64,000 bases of DNA, taken from positions 96,001 through 160,000 of IMG/VR virus record IMGVR_UViG_3300013947_000019; one strand, written 5' to 3'. The position numbers were made by a program, and so were the translations under genes. The stretch comes from a virus. Taxonomy: Duplodnaviria > Caudoviricetes. A model generated the notes under the pieces. That model saw only the letters and a program-made list of their open reading frames with translations. It was not told the origin of the DNA and did no database searches. Shown here one piece after another: positions 31,482-41,158 of this stretch; the stretch's first letter is position 1, and every line of letters begins with the position of its first letter.

Positions 31482-31880
31482 TCATCGCGTTACATAAGCA
31501 GCATAAGGAGATTTAACCTTTTGTTGTGCTTTTATATAACGCTTATAATTAGTTCCATTATACCGGAACCCTGTATGACCTTTGAACCAAATGTGACGAG
31601 TTTTATTTCTAAAAACGTCCCATTGGTCACCAAGGTCTTTTTCAAGAAAAGGATAATACATACCATAGTTGTTATTATCCCATTTAATAAACTCTTCAAT
31701 TGAATTGAAGGTTTTCTTGAAATGATAATACTCAGGATACTCATCATATTTTTCCTGAGTAATTCGACCAGCCGATAAAGACATATTTCTGTCAAACTGA
31801 TCTCTTGCTTTTCTATCCACTGGCCTAGCTATTAAACCGCGCTTGTGACGATGTGTTCTTACGCACCTTACAGTAAACAT
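31482..31880 (-). CDS. Basic hypothetical protein
   Basis: RBS gaaaggag; terminator near 31446-31473. Confidence 0.6.
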   Translation of the reverse strand: MFTVRCVRTHRHKRGLIARPVDRKARDQFDRNMSLSAGRITQEKYDEYPEYYHFKKTFNSIEEFIKWDNNNYGMYYPFLEKDLGDQWDVFRNKTRHIWFKGHTGFRYNGTNYKRYIKAQQKVKSPYAAYVTR

Positions 31881-31908
31881 TGACTTTCTCCTTTCGTATT
31901 TATTATTT

Positions 31909-32243
31909 AATCAGAACTAAGCCTACACGATGCCCACTATGGTATAAGCCCATGTGACACCCATTCGAGACAATTCATTAAGTCTCATCCAACCAATCCA
32001 ATATCTAGCAAGATATTGTTTTGCTCCATCGGAACGAACCAACATAGAGTAAGTAGCGGGTCAAGTCACCCATCCTCTAGATGATTCTCTTATATGTTCT
32101 GATTCCTGCCCTCCACTTAGCTTAAGCAATATTACATCGTTGTGGACAGGTGCCCTCATGAGCAGGCGTATTCATGAAGCATAATACCTTGAGCCCAGAG
32201 CTAATTGCTATTCTCCAAGCTTGCCGTGTCACTCAAGACACTA
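31909..32243 (-). ncRNA. Candidate structured ncRNA downstream of tRNA-Leu
   Basis: No listed ORF, GC-richer than other spacers, many hairpins. aatcagaac/gttctgatt closes 31909-32104. Confidence 0.4.
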
Positions 32244-32244
32244 C

Positions 32245-32329
32245 TGGTGGGGATAAGAAGATTTGAACTTCCACGCCTTTTGACACGAGAACCTAAATCT
32301 CGCGCGTCTACCAATTCCGCCATATCCCC
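32245..32329 (-). tRNA. tRNA-Leu(TAG)
   Basis: GGGGATA..TATCCCC acceptor, CGAGA-TT-TAG-GT-TCTCG anticodon arm, long variable arm, GTTCAAATC, encoded CCA. Confidence 0.95.
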
Positions 32330-32334
32330 ATAAT

Positions 32335-32763
32335 TTAATTTTTAATTCGCCCCAATTGTACTTGACGTGTATATGCACCACAGCAATGCTTAGAACAAAA
32401 TGGACCCATAATATGTTTGTTTTTCTTATCTTTTCGATTACTGTTTCGTCTTGCTTCTGATTGTTGTTTTTGTGTCCAAATAAATGTACATCCGCACCAT
32501 GGGCATTTCATAAATTTATTCTTATATTTTGAATTCTCTATAGCATGTTGTTTAAGATGATATTTTTTAAGTATAACTTCTAAATTATCCGGATCATTAT
32601 TATCTGGATTATGGTCTTTATGGTGAACATCTTCATCTAATTTGAGTTTACGACCAAGTTTTTCTTCCATAATAATTCTCGGATATGATCTTGTTGTATA
32701 TGTACCATCAGGTTTGCGACAAGAAACTATCAATCGCCCATAATTATTTCGATATGTTTTCAT
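32335..32763 (-). CDS. HNH homing endonuclease with C-terminal zinc finger
   Basis: VHHKDHNPDNNDPDNLEV; CPWC...FCSKHC. Confidence 0.85.
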   Translation of the reverse strand: MKTYRNNYGRLIVSCRKPDGTYTTRSYPRIIMEEKLGRKLKLDEDVHHKDHNPDNNDPDNLEVILKKYHLKQHAIENSKYKNKFMKCPWCGCTFIWTQKQQSEARRNSNRKDKKNKHIMGPFCSKHCCGAYTRQVQLGRIKN

Positions 32764-32790
32764 TATTTTAATAGACTCTTTATTAATTTG

Positions 32791-32835
32791 TATTGATTAT
32801 TGGGGTATAAAATTATAATACCCCAATAATCAATA
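32791..32835. repeat. 18-bp perfect inverted repeat upstream of the HNH gene
   Basis: tattgattattggggtat / ataccccaataatcaata. Confidence 0.8.
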
Positions 32836-32845
32836 AAGTTTTTGC

Positions 32846-33139
32846 TTAATAAGACATCATCATTCCAAAGATGCCAACTGCTGCAATGGCAATAATAAAG
32901 GCCAGGCCAGCAATCACAGTGCCAACAACACTGCAGATGAACCCAGCCTTACGGATACCCTCATTGTTACCGGCAGCCTTAGCCTTGTTGGACATCACGA
33001 TGCCGATGATGCCACAGACCAGACCGACGACTGCTCCAATACCGAAGAAGCAGGAAGCTGCTGCTACGATACCCAGAATCAGCGCGGCCAATGCCTGGCC
33101 ATGATTGTTAGTGTTGATGTTGTTGTTCTCCATGATCAT
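32846..33139 (-). CDS. DUF4190-like small membrane protein
   Basis: ALAALILGIV..GLVCGIIGIV..K..AGFICSVVG pattern with hydrophobic helices. Confidence 0.65.
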   Translation of the reverse strand: MIMENNNINTNNHGQALAALILGIVAAASCFFGIGAVVGLVCGIIGIVMSNKAKAAGNNEGIRKAGFICSVVGTVIAGLAFIIAIAAVGIFGMMMSY

Positions 33140-33188
33140 TTTCTCCTTTTAAGTATTTTATTAGTTGCACTTCAGGTTTATGTCCTGA

Positions 33189-33263
33189 TGGTCCGAGCGG
33201 GGAATTCCGAGATCCCGGCCTCTTGTGCCCAAGACAAGCGCTCTGCCTCTGAGCTACGCCCGG
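33189..33263 (-). tRNA. tRNA-Pro(TGG) with non-canonical T arm
   Basis: CCGGGCG/CGCTCGG acceptor, CTTGT-CT-TGG-GC-ACAAG anticodon arm, CCA. T loop reads CTCGGAA. Confidence 0.85.
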
Positions 33264-33279
33264 ATATGAAAGAGAGGAG

Positions 33280-33446
33280 AGGGGTACTGAAGAATACAAG
33301 TGGGGGAACTTATATACTCCAGTACCCCTTTGGGGAGGATAGATCCTTTGCAGGGGGTAATACAAAGGATCATTTATATTAATATGCAGAACAGAAGGTT
33401 TATAAACAGGAGGTTTACAATGCAAGGTGCATACTGCATATTAATA
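33280..33446 (-). ncRNA. Candidate three-hairpin small RNA or leader with C-rich loops
   Basis: Stems at 33280-33329, 33342-33371 and 33377-33446; downstream of the promoter motif at 33526. Confidence 0.45.
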
Positions 33447-33563
33447 CCATAAGGAATTTAATCTATATTATAAGAATGTATGTAAGATTGTAATTTTATA
33501 ATTACTCATTCATTCTTTCTACTAATATAGTATATATCTCAAATTCCTTCGTGTTCAGATACC

Positions 33564-35429
33564 TCAGATGTAATTCTGAATGAAACCTTCCAAGTGTACA
33601 GTACGAGCAGTGGCCAATTCATAAACTAGTGTGCTATTCTCAATCATAGTGGTGATAATAGATACTGGTTCAATGATTTGATTGTTAAATCGCGTTGTGA
33701 CTTCTTCGCCATTCGCTGCAGTATACTTACCAAACTCTTCATAATGTGAATCTACACCATTGATTTCATCAGCCGCAAAGATATCATTCAGATCCGTAAT
33801 ACCTTTCAGATTAAAATTCTTAATAGAAAATTCAGAATCCGAAATATGAACATTTGCGATATATTCAGTGACCATATTGTGAAGATCAACTATATCTACA
33901 TCAAAAGGACCATTATGAATCATATCAACTAAAGTATCAATAAATGAGTATTCAAAGATTGTACCTATGATCTGATTCTTATAATTATTCTCATGACGAG
34001 CTTTCTCTACATATTCATGAGAAATCAATGCAGCAAGTGCAAGAGAGTTACAATTAAGTACACCCTTCTCTACAGCTTCGGATGCAGACAACACTGCATC
34101 CAGAATCAATTCATATTTACGTTGAGAATCCTTCATTAACTTAGAGCCAATCTCAACTTCAATAAACTGGCCATAAGAAGTACGAAGACGTTTATTAAGT
34201 TCTAGTTTCTTGACTTCAGATTTTTCTTCATCCTGTTCTTTGCGCAGTTCATCATAACGAGCCTGTGCAACAGGACCAAGTTTCTTATGAATACGAATAC
34301 CCTTTACTTCATCAATATCAACTTGATATGAATCAGTAAACATCTCTTGAATCTTAGCCAGATGCCGTACATCACAATCAAATGTACAAAGTTCTGGGAT
34401 CATATCCTTATTAGATGCAATAGCTTGCCAGATAAGAGTTTCAAAGGTCAGCTGATTAACTAAACCACCAATACCTTTTTCATCAGTAATAATTGTACTA
34501 ATATCCTCCATAACCTCAGAGCTATAGGTTCGATAATCATCTAATGTAAAGATAGCTAAATTATTATAATCCTTGAAAAACTCTTCTACAGGAGTATTCC
34601 CTCGCATACTATTCAATTCAGCAATCAGAGATTTAAGAGTTCGTCTAGAAGCCTCACTGAGGCCATTACAGAGCACAATAATTGTCTTCGGATAAAATTT
34701 GCCGTTTGTATCCTGAGCTACATATCCCATCATAGCACGAATAACTTCTTCGTGTGCAATATCCAAAACACCATTACAGTGAAAAATTACACATTCTTTT
34801 TCCTCTGCTTTCATGGGACGAATAGAGAACTGTTTTGTAGCTTTAAAGAGCGGACTATTATGTACTGTCATGTTGAAATCTGTTGCAAGATTAGATTTAG
34901 CAATGGTGATATATGCACCATTCATCATCGCATCAGCCAGATTATATTCAATAGTAGCAGCCCAATCCGGATCTTGTACACATGTATAGAGCATTTGATG
35001 TAGATACTCACGTGTCATAGGAGCCTTATATGATTCAATAGCTTTGATAATATCATGAATGGTATTTTCCCAATCACGACGAGTAACAGTGCTGCAAGTA
35101 CGAGGAATCATCCCACGGATATTCTTATACATATTGGTATACAGAACACCAAGAGAAGTAGTACCATCTCCCACTTTATTGCCCTGCTGCTGAACTGCCT
35201 GATAAAGAATCTTCAGTACATACATAGAAAGCTCATTATCGAAACGAGTTAAACGCAGAGTTTCTTTACCATCTCGAGTATAGTAGGGAAGTCCATTCTG
35301 TGTCAGATAAGCATCTTTCGCATAGGGACCAAAAACAGTGACGATATCATCATGTAATTCTTTCATGGTTTTATCCATGATATCATAAAGATAATCGCCA
35401 CGAATCGCATTAGACTGGATGTTGATCAT
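33564..35429 (-). CDS. Phage GroEL-like chaperonin
   Basis: VFGPYA, YTRDGK, VGDGTTS, DAVLSASEAVEKG, IIEP. Start set at ATG 35429 after agagga. Confidence 0.85.
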   Translation of the reverse strand: MINIQSNAIRGDYLYDIMDKTMKELHDDIVTVFGPYAKDAYLTQNGLPYYTRDGKETLRLTRFDNELSMYVLKILYQAVQQQGNKVGDGTTSLGVLYTNMYKNIRGMIPRTCSTVTRRDWENTIHDIIKAIESYKAPMTREYLHQMLYTCVQDPDWAATIEYNLADAMMNGAYITIAKSNLATDFNMTVHNSPLFKATKQFSIRPMKAEEKECVIFHCNGVLDIAHEEVIRAMMGYVAQDTNGKFYPKTIIVLCNGLSEASRRTLKSLIAELNSMRGNTPVEEFFKDYNNLAIFTLDDYRTYSSEVMEDISTIITDEKGIGGLVNQLTFETLIWQAIASNKDMIPELCTFDCDVRHLAKIQEMFTDSYQVDIDEVKGIRIHKKLGPVAQARYDELRKEQDEEKSEVKKLELNKRLRTSYGQFIEVEIGSKLMKDSQRKYELILDAVLSASEAVEKGVLNCNSLALAALISHEYVEKARHENNYKNQIIGTIFEYSFIDTLVDMIHNGPFDVDIVDLHNMVTEYIANVHISDSEFSIKNFNLKGITDLNDIFAADEINGVDSHYEEFGKYTAANGEEVTTRFNNQIIEPVSIITTMIENSTLVYELATARTVHLEGFIQNYI

Positions 35430-36231
35430 CAGTTGTTTCCTCTTTTCTTCTATTGGGAATCTGAAGATTTGCAAATGGGGTAAATGTACCAAACTCGTAT
35501 TTCTTCTCTAATGTATAATAATACATCATCTCAGTCATCCTCATAATGCTTGGGTATTCTGGTTCATAGTTATACATATATCTTCCTACAATGAATGTGA
35601 TTGGGCCATTGTATTTAATACTATGTAATCTATTTGCCAAGAGTATAGCACATTCAATACTGGAACACATGACAGCATTTATTTGATATTGTTGAACAAT
35701 AGCACTTGCCATACGCATATCTAATATACGATCTGAAGTAAATACCTTTACTTTATCGATCCATGGTATAGGGAACTTATCACATTCATAACGCAAAAGA
35801 TAACCAGTTATAGTCTTCTTAGAAAAACATACACCGAACTGATCCATAATATCAGTTGGGCTAATTTTTATGATATCATTATTCAATAGGTTTGGAATCT
35901 GTTCTTCATATTGAATAATATCTATCTTATCTTTTGTATGAATAAATAAGTCCAATGGATTTAGACTATATGCACGTTGAATATAATATGCTAATTGTTC
36001 TTCATAATCATGAGAAGTAAGTATTGGATAAAATCGTTTATCTACCTGCACTGCAAAATCTTTATCAAGTAACATCATACGGAAGATATCAAAGCTATGT
36101 ACACGTGTCACATCATAATCGATAATTAACATACGTGTACTTGACATCATTTGAGGGAAAAGATCCAAACTAGGTCTACTTGCTTGAATCTCCTCTCGTG
36201 TCAATGTTTTCTTAGAATCTTCCATACTCAA
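35410..36231 (-). CDS. Hypothetical protein
   Basis: 273-aa ORF, coupled to neighbours. Confidence 0.6.
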   Translation of the reverse strand: MSMEDSKKTLTREEIQASRPSLDLFPQMMSSTRMLIIDYDVTRVHSFDIFRMMLLDKDFAVQVDKRFYPILTSHDYEEQLAYYIQRAYSLNPLDLFIHTKDKIDIIQYEEQIPNLLNNDIIKISPTDIMDQFGVCFSKKTITGYLLRYECDKFPIPWIDKVKVFTSDRILDMRMASAIVQQYQINAVMCSSIECAILLANRLHSIKYNGPITFIVGRYMYNYEPEYPSIMRMTEMMYYYTLEKKYEFGTFTPFANLQIPNRRKEETTDDQHPV

Positions 36232-37287
36232 TTAAGTGAAATCATCCAAGGTGACCTGCTGAAGAGTGGCAGCAGACAAAGTCACATCTACATTATCAGT
36301 AGGAGTAGAAGGAGTACCAGCATTTGCCATATTAGCCTGGGTCTGCTGATAGGAATTACGATTACCGGTACTGTTACCACCATACTGACCACCACGACTC
36401 CACTGACCACCCTGAGAAGTACGACGATAGTTATTGGGGTTAGGACCAGTACCATTGTTGTTATTACCATAACTATTCCCACGGCTATAAGAAGACTGAC
36501 CAGTCGTGCGAGCACCACCAGTAGTAGCTGCAGTAACAGTCTTCATCTGATCAATACCCATAGAAGCGCTAATAGCCGTCAGAGCATTAATACCAGCCAT
36601 ACGATCCATCTTAGTGGCTTCCTTCACAGCATGTGCCTGAGCCATAGTAAATGCCTTACAAGCTTCATTTATAATCGTATAAAACTTCTTGAATTCACCA
36701 ATAGACTTGATATCATCCTTAGAAGAACCAGTATTATGATCATACCCGCGCATAACCTTCATTCCACTGAAAGGATATACTTCAAAGGTATTCGTTCTCT
36801 TACCAGCATCCACGTTCTTATAGATAACCAGATACAGACCCATCGGCTGATTAATATTGGAACCATTGGAAATCTCAACGATGACGTCCTTCTTCTGATT
36901 ACCTTCAACAGCAACAGACTCAAAAGTATTCGTCTGCTTCAGAGACTCCATAACTTCTTCCATAATATTGCGAAGAGCAAACATCGTACTGAAAGAGCAG
37001 ACCGCATTAAATACCTGTGCATTACGTATTGCATTAAAATCCAGAAGAGTACCGGGCTGATACGTACCGATTTCAATTGTCAGGAAACGATTCCAATAAC
37101 GAGTACGAAGGAACTTACCAACCTTATCATTGGTCATCATGACGCCTTCCGTCTGGCTATCAGTATTAGCTGGACGATTAAAAGCCTGACTATTACCACC
37201 AGCAGGACGATTATAACTATTGCGGGGAGGATAGTTGCCAGCAGGCTTAGGGCCAGAATTATACTGGGAATAGTTATTCATAGGCAT
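36232..37287 (-). CDS. Putative nucleic-acid-binding (SSB-like) protein with low-complexity tails
   Basis: N/G/Q/R/Y-rich termini, acidic-aromatic end LDDFT, located near the polymerase. Function inferred. Confidence 0.4.
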   Translation of the reverse strand: MPMNNYSQYNSGPKPAGNYPPRNSYNRPAGGNSQAFNRPANTDSQTEGVMMTNDKVGKFLRTRYWNRFLTIEIGTYQPGTLLDFNAIRNAQVFNAVCSFSTMFALRNIMEEVMESLKQTNTFESVAVEGNQKKDVIVEISNGSNINQPMGLYLVIYKNVDAGKRTNTFEVYPFSGMKVMRGYDHNTGSSKDDIKSIGEFKKFYTIINEACKAFTMAQAHAVKEATKMDRMAGINALTAISASMGIDQMKTVTAATTGGARTTGQSSYSRGNSYGNNNNGTGPNPNNYRRTSQGGQWSRGGQYGGNSTGNRNSYQQTQANMANAGTPSTPTDNVDVTLSAATLQQVTLDDFT

Positions 37288-37544
37288 ATTATATTACCAA
37301 CCTTTCTTTGAGAAAGAATCATCCTCTCAGCCCGAGATACTGAGAGGAATCATCTTTTCTATTTATTGTTATTATTCTTGTTTTACTCTCGGTATATTAT
37401 ATTGTCAATGAAATATTCTTTTACTACTATGCCGAGGTTGATTTCTTCTTAAAATATTTCTCATATAAGAAAACTCGAAAAGAAGAAAATGATAATCTTA
37501 TTAATAAGATAATCAATAATACCTGTCCAGGTATATTGGTTAAC

Positions 37545-38465
37545 TTAAGCAAGGTCAGCAGGATCCACGTCGGTATGAAACCCGGCGATATTTGGTACCT
37601 CCTCATCTGCTGCAGTCTTTACTGCATTCACAATCTCATGGATCTTATCATCTGTAACTGCATTAGTCTGCACTTTAGTGAGATCAGTTGCATCAGCATT
37701 AGATACATTATGAGAATGATCATAACAACAAGGAATACCATTTGTCTTATTTACATTTTCCAAACGAGCAGCAAAGAACATAGCCTGGATCTTCAGAATC
37801 TCCAGATCAGTATTGGTAATATACAGATCATAAGAATACTTATCTACATTCTTATCACACTCATTTTCATATGCAGCAGGATCAACAAGACCCTGCACAC
37901 ACATAGTCAAACAAGCAATGCCGAAGTATCTTTCAATATCTTTCTTCAGATTTGCAATCTCTTCGGGTTCGCGTACATGAATGAAAATAACATCATAACG
38001 CTCACGCTCATCTTCATGCATTGTCAGTACATGACGAGTCTCTTCAAGCATATTGATATTCGGCCCATCGTTAAAATTAGACCAAGCCATCTTTAACTCA
38101 TGAAGAAACTCACGATATTTATCACTCTTATCATCCATTTCTTTCTTACTATCGACTGTACTATAGTCACTGCTTACAGTCAAATTGATCAGAGTAGAAG
38201 CAACTTCTTTAATTGGATCGATTGTAGAGATATTATATACTGCCAGACTTTGATTTACGAAGTTAATGAAAGTATCTTTACCATTACCACCAGCACCACT
38301 GATCAGAATAACAACGGGCAGAGGATCATCCATCCAATTCTCATCAGTGATAACCTCTTCGATACCCTTCTGATTACTGATCGTGATATCTTTGGAGAGG
38401 CTCTCTTTCAGAGCCTTCTCCAGTTCAATAATCTTATTGAAATCTGCACCACTATATTTAAACAT
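37545..38465 (-). CDS. P-loop nucleotide kinase (dNMP kinase-like)
   Basis: ISGAGGNGKDT, IDPIKEVA, FIHVREPEE. Start set at ATG 38465 after aaaggagg. Confidence 0.7.
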   Translation of the reverse strand: MFKYSGADFNKIIELEKALKESLSKDITISNQKGIEEVITDENWMDDPLPVVILISGAGGNGKDTFINFVNQSLAVYNISTIDPIKEVASTLINLTVSSDYSTVDSKKEMDDKSDKYREFLHELKMAWSNFNDGPNINMLEETRHVLTMHEDERERYDVIFIHVREPEEIANLKKDIERYFGIACLTMCVQGLVDPAAYENECDKNVDKYSYDLYITNTDLEILKIQAMFFAARLENVNKTNGIPCCYDHSHNVSNADATDLTKVQTNAVTDDKIHEIVNAVKTAADEEVPNIAGFHTDVDPADLA

Positions 38466-38478
38466 AAGATTACCTCCT

Positions 38479-39468
38479 TTAAATTCGAACAATGTTCGTA
38501 TAATAAGTCATTGTTGCTCCATTATGAGTTGTTTTTCCAGGACTCATCCCAAGAGGTTTGAAAATTTGCCCAAACAGTTTCATATTATCAGATACCAGAG
38601 TTTCTACATCGATAATAGATAACAACCATTCTGGAACTTCTTCTAACTCACTTGGCATAGCAATTGCTTTGATACCCTTACCCTTCTTAACTTTACCAGT
38701 TGCAGGATCAATGGTATCTCCTACTTCATCATTCTCATCAAATAACTTACAAATCTTCTTATAAATATCTGGCCATCTTTCTAATGGAGCTGCATCTTGT
38801 TTATTTCTTAACTGTACTTTGACCAAAGTAACAGTTGCTGGTAAATCAATTCGTTCTTTATCCGGCATTACATAATTCCAAATAAAGACTGCTTTATACT
38901 GACCAATTCGCATTGGATCTGCATATCCATCAGGAGTCTTTACTCGAATAGATCTCTTCAGATATCCAGTATTACCAGAACGAATTTCATTACCCATTTG
39001 TCTCTGGAAATCATTAATTGTCTTATACGTTCTTCTCAAAGATATCTTTTCATCGGGAGGATCAAGTAATTCACCCATCAATACTTTATCGTAGATAAAC
39101 TTACTTGTATCTTCAGACGCTGTACTCTTAAAGAAGTTAACACCTTTCACATCGATCTTTGGTTCTTTAAAGACAACCTCTTCCTGTCGTTTCTGAAGCC
39201 CAACATAGGACTTCTTGGCAAACGTAACCATAACTCGAGAATAATAAAACTCATTCTTCATATTAATATGCTGTCTATCTTCTTCAGCAATATTTGCAGT
39301 TCCACAATAAAACCACAAACGCTCCATAATTGCTTTTGTACTGAAGTTCGACAATACGTTTAATACACGAAGTTTATACGCTTCTCGATCTGATTTCTTT
39401 CTGAAAAGTTTTCCTTGAAGAACATTTTCGATCAGATATTTATAAAGTGAACCATAATGAAGAAAGTT
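38479..39468 (-). CDS. Family B DNA polymerase subunit, exon 3
   Basis: Begins AAC TTT (NF), in frame with ORF 38479-39354. Contains MKNEF, KKSYVG, DVKGV. Confidence 0.88.
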   Translation of the reverse strand, partial: NFLHYGSLYKYLIENVLQGKLFRKKSDREAYKLRVLNVLSNFSTKAIMERLWFYCGTANIAEEDRQHINMKNEFYYSRVMVTFAKKSYVGLQKRQEEVVFKEPKIDVKGVNFFKSTASEDTSKFIYDKVLMGELLDPPDEKISLRRTYKTINDFQRQMGNEIRSGNTGYLKRSIRVKTPDGYADPMRIGQYKAVFIWNYVMPDKERIDLPATVTLVKVQLRNKQDAAPLERWPDIYKKICKLFDENDEVGDTIDPATGKVKKGKGIKAIAMPSELEEVPEWLLSIIDVETLVSDNMKLFGQIFKPLGMSPGKTTHNGATMTYYTNIVRI

Positions 39469-39851
39469 CCTTGTTTTCAGATAGGGTCGTTATTCCTATC
39501 CCGTTCATAATGAACCGCTTACGGATTTCCCGTAAGAGAAGACTATATCATTCAACCACGCATTGGTGTGGTATATATTCTGCGCTTTGAGCTCACTTAA
39601 GCCCTCACTTACTCACGCTACCCATTACCATGCTAATGGACGCTTTCAATTAGTCGTTGAACCTTCATCCGTTCTGGATGCTTGGCTGCGGGTTAACCAA
39701 TCCTTATCTCTTTTACGATACATCTGGTCTTTCTCCAGATCCATAATCTACATTCCTGTGATTACTTCGTGTATAAGGCTCTAAGGTATAACTTATCATA
39801 AGTTACTTACGTTCCCGTCAATTCACAGAATTTAGAGATTCCCACTTCTTA
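39469..39851 (-). mobile_element. ORF-less group I intron B (383 nt) in the DNA polymerase gene
   Basis: P1 AGAUUCU/GGAAUCU with U-G. Core gaattgacgggaa, aacccgcagcc, gttcaacgacta, gatatagtct. Terminal G. Confidence 0.9.
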
Positions 39852-39860
39852 AGAATCTGT
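39852..39860 (-). CDS. 9-nt micro-exon encoding Thr-Asp-Ser of polymerase motif C
   Basis: ACA GAT TCT lies between the terminal G of intron A and the initial TAA of intron B, giving VID-TDS-NF. Confidence 0.88.
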
Positions 39861-40153
39861 CCTATAGTACCCCTAGTTTCCTAGTATTTAAAAGGGAGTG
39901 GACTATACAATCTCATATGAGTCGGTATTATAGTCTCTGAACGTCTACCACCGGCACTACCCGCTGAGGTATTTCGATGCGTCTGAGTGACTTGCACACT
40001 CGGTTACCCCTGACTTGATTGTTTTTATGGTTTCTGATCTTTTAAAGATATACCGCATTCACGCTTACCGTTTCCGGTTACGTTGTAGCCTATCAAGGTT
40101 ATGGGGGCTTTCCCGCAATTTAACCGATTTTACATCGACTAGATTTCAAGTTA
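39861..40153 (-). mobile_element. ORF-less group I intron A (293 nt) in the DNA polymerase gene
   Basis: P1 AUCGAU/GUCGAU with U-G. Core aaattgcgggaa, gttcagagacta, tgtatagtcc. Terminal G. Confidence 0.88.
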
Positions 40154-41158
40154 ATCGATAACAATGGTACATTTTCTTTTCTGATATCGAGTTCTATCTT
40201 CATATCGGAAGATACCATGTTTATAAGCTACAAATTCCAAAACCCAATCTGTTAACTTATCAATCATCGGTTTAATCTCTTCCGGCATAATATTTGGATC
40301 GATAAACTCTACATCAGCACATGCTATATCAGAATATAAATAAGCAGGTTTCTTCAAAGATAAAAACTCTCTGATATTTGCTTTATAATATACTCTGATT
40401 CGCATCTCATCACTTAAACTATCATATACCTGACCAATCTCTTCTGGATTACACAATGATTCATGACCAAACTTCTTCGTATATCGATCTATGAACTGTT
40501 GTCGACTTGGACTAATCCCCACAACATCCCATACATCATATTTCCAATCCGGTTCTTCATGAATGATATTATATACCCAGTTATAGAATTCAGTCATATG
40601 GAAGAATAATACATTATCTTCCAATAGATTTTCAAAACATTGACAAGCTGTACTGATCTGTCCACGACCACAGGATGTAACACTCATTGCTGAATGAATG
40701 TTATATAAAAAAGAAGAAGACTGACCTTCTGCACCATATCCTGAGTTTGCGGCCTTTTTATCGTTTGCTTGCTGAAGATCCTTAACCGCTGCTAAGAATT
40801 CATCACCAGCCTGCATTGCTTTAAACTTTTCTTTCTTATGAATCTTACGAATATCAAGCATATCATCCTTGATAATTTCGACATTCACATTACGCTTTTG
40901 CGACTTTGGATAAAAATAAACACCCGACTCAGCAATCAATGGTTTAGAATTCCTAAACCAATCCACTAAACTTAATAGTGTTGCTGATGCCAAAGTGTTT
41001 TCATAATTATTAAAAATCTTTACCTCTGTATCCTTTACGCGTTTTGCATATATCTGTGCAACCATCTCTTCTATCTTACTCTTCTCTACCTCTGGATGAG
41101 TTGCACACATTGCCATTGTCATACGAGAGATCCATTCGTGCTTCATTATCTCTTTCAT
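40154..41158 (-). CDS. Family B DNA polymerase subunit (motifs B and C), exon 1; spliced product about 667 aa
   Basis: Q...KKAANSGYG (motif B), VTSCGR, and ends IVID at the start of motif C. Confidence 0.9.

Noticed and set aside
31909-32243. RNase P RNA or tmRNA
   Set aside because: No GAGGAAAGUCC motif and no tRNA-like ends; kept only as an unclassified candidate.
39469-40153. Single long intron, or the + strand ORF 39563-39784 as a gene
   Set aside because: Two separate intron cores are present and single excision would delete TDS. The ORF is antisense to intron B.
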